From Syntrophales bacterium (GTDB taxonomy: Bacteria > Desulfobacterota > Syntrophia > Syntrophales > PHBD01), in assembly GCA_963668175.1 (NCBI GenBank), contig OY764159.1:1664001-1728000 (forward strand): a stretch of DNA of 64,000 bases, read 5' to 3'. Shown here one piece after another: positions 59,091 to 64,000 of this stretch. The number at the start of each line of letters is the position of its first letter. Position 1 is the stretch's first letter. The notes beneath the pieces were generated by a model. That model saw nothing but the letters and a program-made list of their open reading frames with translations. It ran no database searches and was not told the origin of the DNA. A program made the translations under genes and the position numbers.

Positions 59091-59693
59091 ATGAGAAGAA
59101 AACTGGATATTGTCTGCCTGTTGGCGCTGGTCATGTTTGTATTTTCTTGCGAGGGAACGATGAGCACGCCCATCAAGGTGAGTAGGCATGCCTATACGCC
59201 TCGTCTCGATCAGGCGAAATTCGCCGAATACCGGGGACAGACGATTATCTTCGACTCGATCGACTCGCAAGCGACGAACGTGACCAACTTCTACTACTTC
59301 AGCCCCGACCGGGAATACGCCTATCACCTGTTTTACAGTCCTTCGCACATGCAGCAGCCTCTCGCCTCTTTCTTCTGGTACGCGCTGGAGAAGACCTTTA
59401 CGTCCGTCGGCCTGGTCGTCAAGGATATCGGTCCCGTGAATAACGCCCCCCAGATCCATGTGAAGATCGTGTCTCTCTCGGACCAGGAAGGGAATTTCGT
59501 CGTGAGCATTTCGAGAAACGGGTATCTCATCCTGCAGAAGCCGATCGTCTTTACAAAGAAGCTGCCGCCCACGAAGGACGTGGCCGAACTCGAGAGGCGC
59601 CAGTACGACTTCCTCGATCTGATGGGGGAGACGATCCTGTCCGATCCCGACTTCAAACGGGAATTCTTCTCCGAGAAGGGCAAAGTCAATTGA
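59091..59693 (+). CDS. Hypothetical lipoprotein (paralog 2)
   Basis: GAGGAGG RBS; VFSC lipobox-like; shares ASFFWYAL and ETILSDPDFKREFFS with the previous ORF. Confidence 0.8.
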   Translation: MRRKLDIVCLLALVMFVFSCEGTMSTPIKVSRHAYTPRLDQAKFAEYRGQTIIFDSIDSQATNVTNFYYFSPDREYAYHLFYSPSHMQQPLASFFWYALEKTFTSVGLVVKDIGPVNNAPQIHVKIVSLSDQEGNFVVSISRNGYLILQKPIVFTKKLPPTKDVAELERRQYDFLDLMGETILSDPDFKREFFSEKGKVN

Positions 59694-59908
59694 ATCCGTG
59701 CCGCTGATATATGATGCCCGGGAAAGAGGTGGATTCCCCTTTTTTATTCGGAGAAACGGTTGCTTCGTTTTGCGCGTGAAACAGGTTCTGCCGGAGGAAT
59801 CTGCGAAATTTTTCGTAACGGGCAGGTCGATTTTAACGGCATTTATACGGCGAGATGTGGTATACGGCAGCATCCTCGGATAAAAATGAAGCAAGGGGCG
59901 TTCATGCC

Positions 59909-60643
59909 ATGTACCTGATCTTGAAGAAAAATCGTATCTGCTTATATACGGCCGCCTGTCTGGTCTTTTTTCTTTTCTTTTACCCTGCTCAGGCCGTGAC
60001 GGCTCAGCCGGAGGCCAAGGAAGCGAAGTCGTCCATTGAGAAAACGCTGACGAACGCGGTGCATGGCGTGTACGCCAGGCTTCCGGCCGACGTGCAGAAG
60101 ATGCTCAAGTCGTCCGTCGTGCTTTCCATAGCCGTGAACGGTTACAAGGCGACCAAGGAGACGTATTACCGGAACGTGCGCGGCCAGCAGGCCCATCCGT
60201 CCATGGTGACGGCAAGGGCGGTCATCGGGTTTGCCGGGTGCTTTGCGGCTGCGTTGTTTCTGGGAAAGATATTTTTCCTCGTCTTTTCGGCCATCCCGTT
60301 TGCCGGCCGGTTTCTCGGGCCGCTCTTCGGCCTTGTGGGCGTGGCGAGCGGATGCATCGCGGGAGCCATCGGCGCCGAATGGCTGTTTGAAATGATCATG
60401 CCTCTTCAGGGGGCGGGATCGAAAGTGAGCAATGCCCTCCTCGGCGGTGCCCTGGGTGGCATCATCGGGGCGGTGACCGGTCTGCTCATGGAAATGACGT
60501 TCGCGTCGAACAAGAAAGGCGGCCTGGCCGGTTTCTTTCGTTCGATGGTCCCCACGCTGATGGACGCCTTTGCCGGTCTGTTCTACGGCGGCCTGTTGGG
60601 GGCGCTTGCCGGTGCGATCGCGTTCTTCTATATTTTCCTGTGA
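59909..60643 (+). CDS. Hypothetical Gly-rich membrane protein
   Basis: Signal-like N-terminus; several GxxxG/glycine-zipper hydrophobic helices. Confidence 0.65.
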   Translation: MYLILKKNRICLYTAACLVFFLFFYPAQAVTAQPEAKEAKSSIEKTLTNAVHGVYARLPADVQKMLKSSVVLSIAVNGYKATKETYYRNVRGQQAHPSMVTARAVIGFAGCFAAALFLGKIFFLVFSAIPFAGRFLGPLFGLVGVASGCIAGAIGAEWLFEMIMPLQGAGSKVSNALLGGALGGIIGAVTGLLMEMTFASNKKGGLAGFFRSMVPTLMDAFAGLFYGGLLGALAGAIAFFYIFL

Positions 60644-60766
60644 GCGGAGCTGCGGAATGCTTGGGGGCGGGAACAGCGCCCCCTTCATGAAAGGTCCGTG
60701 GTCCGTTCGCCGTGCCGGAGCGGCCGCAGTCTTCTCGCCGCAAGGGGCTCTCCGGCCGCGTTGCCC

Positions 60767-61318
60767 TTATCTCCCGCCCCGTTTACCCTTCTTGTGCATC
60801 CCTTCGCGGAACGACGGCCGTTCCCCGTCTTCTTCCCCCGTCCGGAATTCGAACAACTGGTCCGGTTTGGACAGATAGACCAGGAGGAAAAGGGCCAGGA
60901 TGCAGCCTGCCTGGATTTGCGCCATGTCCCACATCGACCCGGCTTCGAGGTCGAACGCTTCGGGAAGCGCCCCGCCGAAGAAACCGACACCCAGGGCCAA
61001 GACGGCCCGGACGATGAGGGTTTGAACGGGGGTGGGGTCGGGATTAAAGAGGGACGCGATAAGGAGCGCAATGAGACAGTTTATGCCGATAAGCAAGAGG
61101 ATGGCTGCAGGCGCGGGATACTGCGGCTTCGCGTCCGGGGCGGCATCGTCCCCGCCGGGTGCGGACTCGATCCGGTCTGCCGTGACGGCTTGCGGCTGCG
61201 GTGCGGCGTCCACGGCCCATGCCGGCGACGCGGAAATGGTAAGGAGAACAAGCATGGAGCATATCCATGCCCTCCAGCGGCACGGCGGCCGTACATCTAT
61301 GAAATGGTCCTGCAACAA
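60767..61318 (-). CDS. Hypothetical membrane protein
   Basis: Signal-like segment plus three hydrophobic helices; start uncertain. Confidence 0.55.
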   Translation of the reverse strand: MLQDHFIDVRPPCRWRAWICSMLVLLTISASPAWAVDAAPQPQAVTADRIESAPGGDDAAPDAKPQYPAPAAILLLIGINCLIALLIASLFNPDPTPVQTLIVRAVLALGVGFFGGALPEAFDLEAGSMWDMAQIQAGCILALFLLVYLSKPDQLFEFRTGEEDGERPSFREGMHKKGKRGGR

Positions 61319-61721
61319 CGTACTTCTCGATTTATATCAGCCGCCAACGACGGCCTTATCAAATGTATGCGGTCCCCTGATTGATATTCTTTCAGGATAC
61401 CCGTCTTCGGCGGAGTCCCTGCTCTCGATCGACGTGCAACCGATAGCCGGAGGAGGAGTAAACCGGGATGAAAAACAGGGAGATGCTTTCAGCGGGATAT
61501 GTTTACCCGGTGCTTCGGAAGCGGCGACTCGCGGCCATAATGATGTTGGAAGTATTATGTAAGACTTTTCGGGATAAGTCAAGTGAATTGTATGGAAGAT
61601 TGTATGCAGTCAAGGGGGCTCAAAACGGCCTGGCGGTACGGATCGGGGGAGGGCGTATCCCGTCCGCCGGGGCGAAGTTCCGCGCCGGCCTTTCCTTTCA
61701 TGATACGGCTGCTGTTCCGGA

Positions 61722-63302
61722 TTAACGGCTGGATCTGGTCCCGGCAAGTTTCGCCACGACCTTGTCCTGCAGGACGACGATTTCCCTGATTTTCATGAGA
61801 CGGCCCGCCGCGAGGAAAATGACGACGAACAGGGCACCGTTGATGGCTGCGCTTGCGAGGCTGCCGGTAAACGTCCCGATATTGAGGACCGGCAGGAGAT
61901 AGTGCCTGCATGCTTCCAAAAAGAGGCCGATGGCGATGCTGAGCAGGGTCATCCTGCCGATGAAGAGGTAAACGTCCGTGCTGCCCGGGTTTTCCGTCCT
62001 CCGGTTCCAGAGGGCATACAGGATCGCGATCTGCAGGGCGACTGAGGCGGTTACGGCGAAGGCGATGCCGGAAAGCCCGAAGGCCTGCATGCCGTAATAA
62101 TAAACCGGTATGCTCAGGACGACGGCAGCGGTGCTGAAGATCGCCGGGAAGAGCGTGTCCTCCATGGCGAAGAATCCCCGGACGACGACGTTCTGGGCGG
62201 CGAAGAAGAACGCCCCGGCGAGCAGAAAGGCCATGACCTGCGCCGTCCACGCCGTGGCGACGGCGTCGAACCGGCCCCGCTGGAAAAGAATGACGACGAT
62301 CTCGTGCCGGACGACGATGAGAAGCGCCGAAATCGGGATCACCAGGGCGAGGTAGCGGAGCGTGCCGTTCAGAAGGTTGTTCATCTCCGCGAATTTCGCC
62401 TCCTTGGCAAGCCTCGCCAGGTAGGGATAGGACGCCGTGCCCACGCCCTGCCCGAAGAGCGCCACCAGCATCAGCGTGACCCGCAGTCCGTAGTTGAGGC
62501 TGGCGATGCTTCCCGAAGGCAAATAGGAGCCGAATATCCGGAAAAAAATCTCCGTCGAGAAGGTCATCGTGAGGCCCAGCATCAGCGGCAGCGTGAGCTT
62601 GACGTAGTGCGCGAGCTTCGGATTGCGGATGTCGAAGACGAAGCGGTACCGCATGCCCGCCTGCTTCGCGCCCTTGTACTGGAGGAGGAACTGGCCGATG
62701 AAGGCGCCGGCGAGGACGCCCCAGGAGAAGCCCTCGATGCCGAGCCAGGGGTGGAGCAGGAGACCCCCGGCGATGATGCTCAGGTTGTAGATGACGGGGG
62801 CCGCCGCGGGGACGGCGAACCGTTCCTTCGTGTACTGGACGGCCATGAAAAGGGCGCCGGTAAAGAAGAAGAACTGGGCGGGGATGATGATCCTCGTCAT
62901 CCGCACCGCCTTGGCGATGACGGCCGGGTCGTGCGTGCCTGGGACGATGAGGGCGATGAAATCCCCGGCAAAAACGAAAGAGACGGCGATGAAGAAAAGG
63001 ACGACGGCCCCGAAGGTGTTATAGACGAGCGAGAATATCCGCCAGCCCTCGTCTTCCTCCTTGTTGACGAGATACGCGGTGAAGATAGGGATGAACGTCA
63101 CGGACAGGAATCCCGCCGCTCCGATATGGTTGAGGATCTCCGGGATGACGAAGGCGATCTGGTAGGCGTCCACATCGCCCGTCGCGCCGCCGATGTAGGC
63201 CAGGGCCATCTCCCTGAGCAGGCCGGTGATGCGGCTCAGAAAAATGGACGCGGTCGTGATGAGCGTCGCTATGCCGACCTTCCTGAAAAGCGATTTGGAC
63301 AC
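61722..63302 (-). CDS. murJ: Lipid II flippase MurJ (MviN)
   Basis: LSRITGLLRE, DAYQIAFVIP, SVTFIPIF, LFQRGRFD, RGFFAMEDT; many TMs. Confidence 0.92.
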   Translation of the reverse strand: MSKSLFRKVGIATLITTASIFLSRITGLLREMALAYIGGATGDVDAYQIAFVIPEILNHIGAAGFLSVTFIPIFTAYLVNKEEDEGWRIFSLVYNTFGAVVLFFIAVSFVFAGDFIALIVPGTHDPAVIAKAVRMTRIIIPAQFFFFTGALFMAVQYTKERFAVPAAAPVIYNLSIIAGGLLLHPWLGIEGFSWGVLAGAFIGQFLLQYKGAKQAGMRYRFVFDIRNPKLAHYVKLTLPLMLGLTMTFSTEIFFRIFGSYLPSGSIASLNYGLRVTLMLVALFGQGVGTASYPYLARLAKEAKFAEMNNLLNGTLRYLALVIPISALLIVVRHEIVVILFQRGRFDAVATAWTAQVMAFLLAGAFFFAAQNVVVRGFFAMEDTLFPAIFSTAAVVLSIPVYYYGMQAFGLSGIAFAVTASVALQIAILYALWNRRTENPGSTDVYLFIGRMTLLSIAIGLFLEACRHYLLPVLNIGTFTGSLASAAINGALFVVIFLAAGRLMKIREIVVLQDKVVAKLAGTRSSR

Positions 63303-63463
63303 GCAGTCTCCCTTGCGATGTGAAAATGGCATGCTGTGGATGTCTTTTAGTGATTTTTTCAGGATTTGTCAAAGGTTGCCTGTGACGGCCCCGGCGACGG
63401 GCGGGCCTTCATCCGGGTATACGGGCGATGGCCCCGCCCGGCGCGGAAAGCGGAATAACCGGT

Positions 63464-63493
63464 TTGACAAGACGGGAACGACTGGAATACAAT
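63464..63493 (+). promoter_or_regulatory. Sigma70-type promoter upstream of the thiolase gene
   Basis: TTGACA-18 nt-TACAAT. Confidence 0.5.
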
Positions 63494-63632
63494 ATGACCA
63501 TCCATCAATTGAAATCATCCTTCCGCTTAAGTTTTTTTTTGACGATGCTTTGAAGTTTCAGCAAAATAGGGCGGTATTCGCTCTGAACGGCTGTTCGAAA
63601 CAGAACATGGATGCCATGGGGGTGGGACGGAA

Positions 63633-64000
63633 ATGGACTGTCGGCGTTTGCGGAACAAGTATGCGATTGTCGGCGTGGGATACACGCCGCAGGGCAAGGT
63701 GCCCGGAAGGACGGCGCTCAGCTTCCATGTGGAGGCCTGCGCGAACGCCATCCGGGATGCGGGCCTGAGTAAGGAAGACATCGACGGGCTTTTTCTGTAC
63801 CGTCATTTCCGGCCCATGGGGAACGATTATGACGTTACGGCCTTCCTGGTTGCGGAACAGCTCGGCATCCGCCCGTTTGCGCTCAACCAGGAGCATGTCT
63901 GTCATCGCAGCTGGCTGACGCACGCCATAGGGCTCCTTGAGGCGGGATTCTGCCGCTACGTGCTGGTGTCGTACGGGGACAATGCGCGGTCCGTGAAACG
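63633..64000 (+). CDS. Thiolase-family protein (SCP2-thiolase-like), 3'-truncated by the window edge
   Basis: Not in the ORF track. Translates MDCRRLRNKYAIVGVGYTPQGKVPGRTALSFHVEACANAIRDAGLSKEDIDGL... Confidence 0.85.
   Translation, partial: MDCRRLRNKYAIVGVGYTPQGKVPGRTALSFHVEACANAIRDAGLSKEDIDGLFLYRHFRPMGNDYDVTAFLVAEQLGIRPFALNQEHVCHRSWLTHAIGLLEAGFCRYVLVSYGDNARSVK

Noticed and set aside
9034..63323. Many long opposite-strand or alternate-frame ORFs (e.g. 9034-10662, 17017-18435, 42960-45155, 45705-47450, 49623-51167, 52668-54158)
   Set aside because: They overlap well-supported genes and are expected in high-GC coding DNA.

Overview
Bacterial chromosomal window, mostly GC-rich. Gene content (CoA-transferase/acyl-CoA dehydrogenase clusters, sigma54 regulation, Tat flavocytochrome) suggests an anaerobic Desulfobacterota/Syntrophales-like organism; this is inference. 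Bases 1-~7100 are a visibly AT-richer, defence-island-like block. It holds a 5'-truncated DUF4338/DruA-like gene overlapping a NurA-like nuclease gene and a HerA-like ATPase gene. The herA gene is split by an intact 1329-bp IS2-group (IS3 family) element with a 5-bp CACAT target duplication. A soluble + 4-TM gene pair and an orphan XRE antitoxin-like gene follow. The DruA-NurA-HerA operon is the best candidate for an undescribed system. The rest of the window contains: a sigma54-controlled acyl-CoA catabolic cluster with a shared upstream motif and its probable two-component regulator; a MITE-like element; a periplasmic flavocytochrome c with non-fumarate-reductase active-site motifs; secreted WG-repeat and Cys-repeat proteins; a prenyltransferase beside a methyltransferase-ABC permease fusion; staggered gene-end duplications around an L7Ae-like gene; SPFH and TPR-glycosyltransferase genes; leuA-leuD (no leuC) behind a previously unannotated leader-peptide attenuator; ribB with an FMN riboswitch; an MCP; AtuA-family genes; murJ; and a truncated thiolase. 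No rRNA, tRNA or CRISPR array was seen. All family calls are by motif recognition, not database search.
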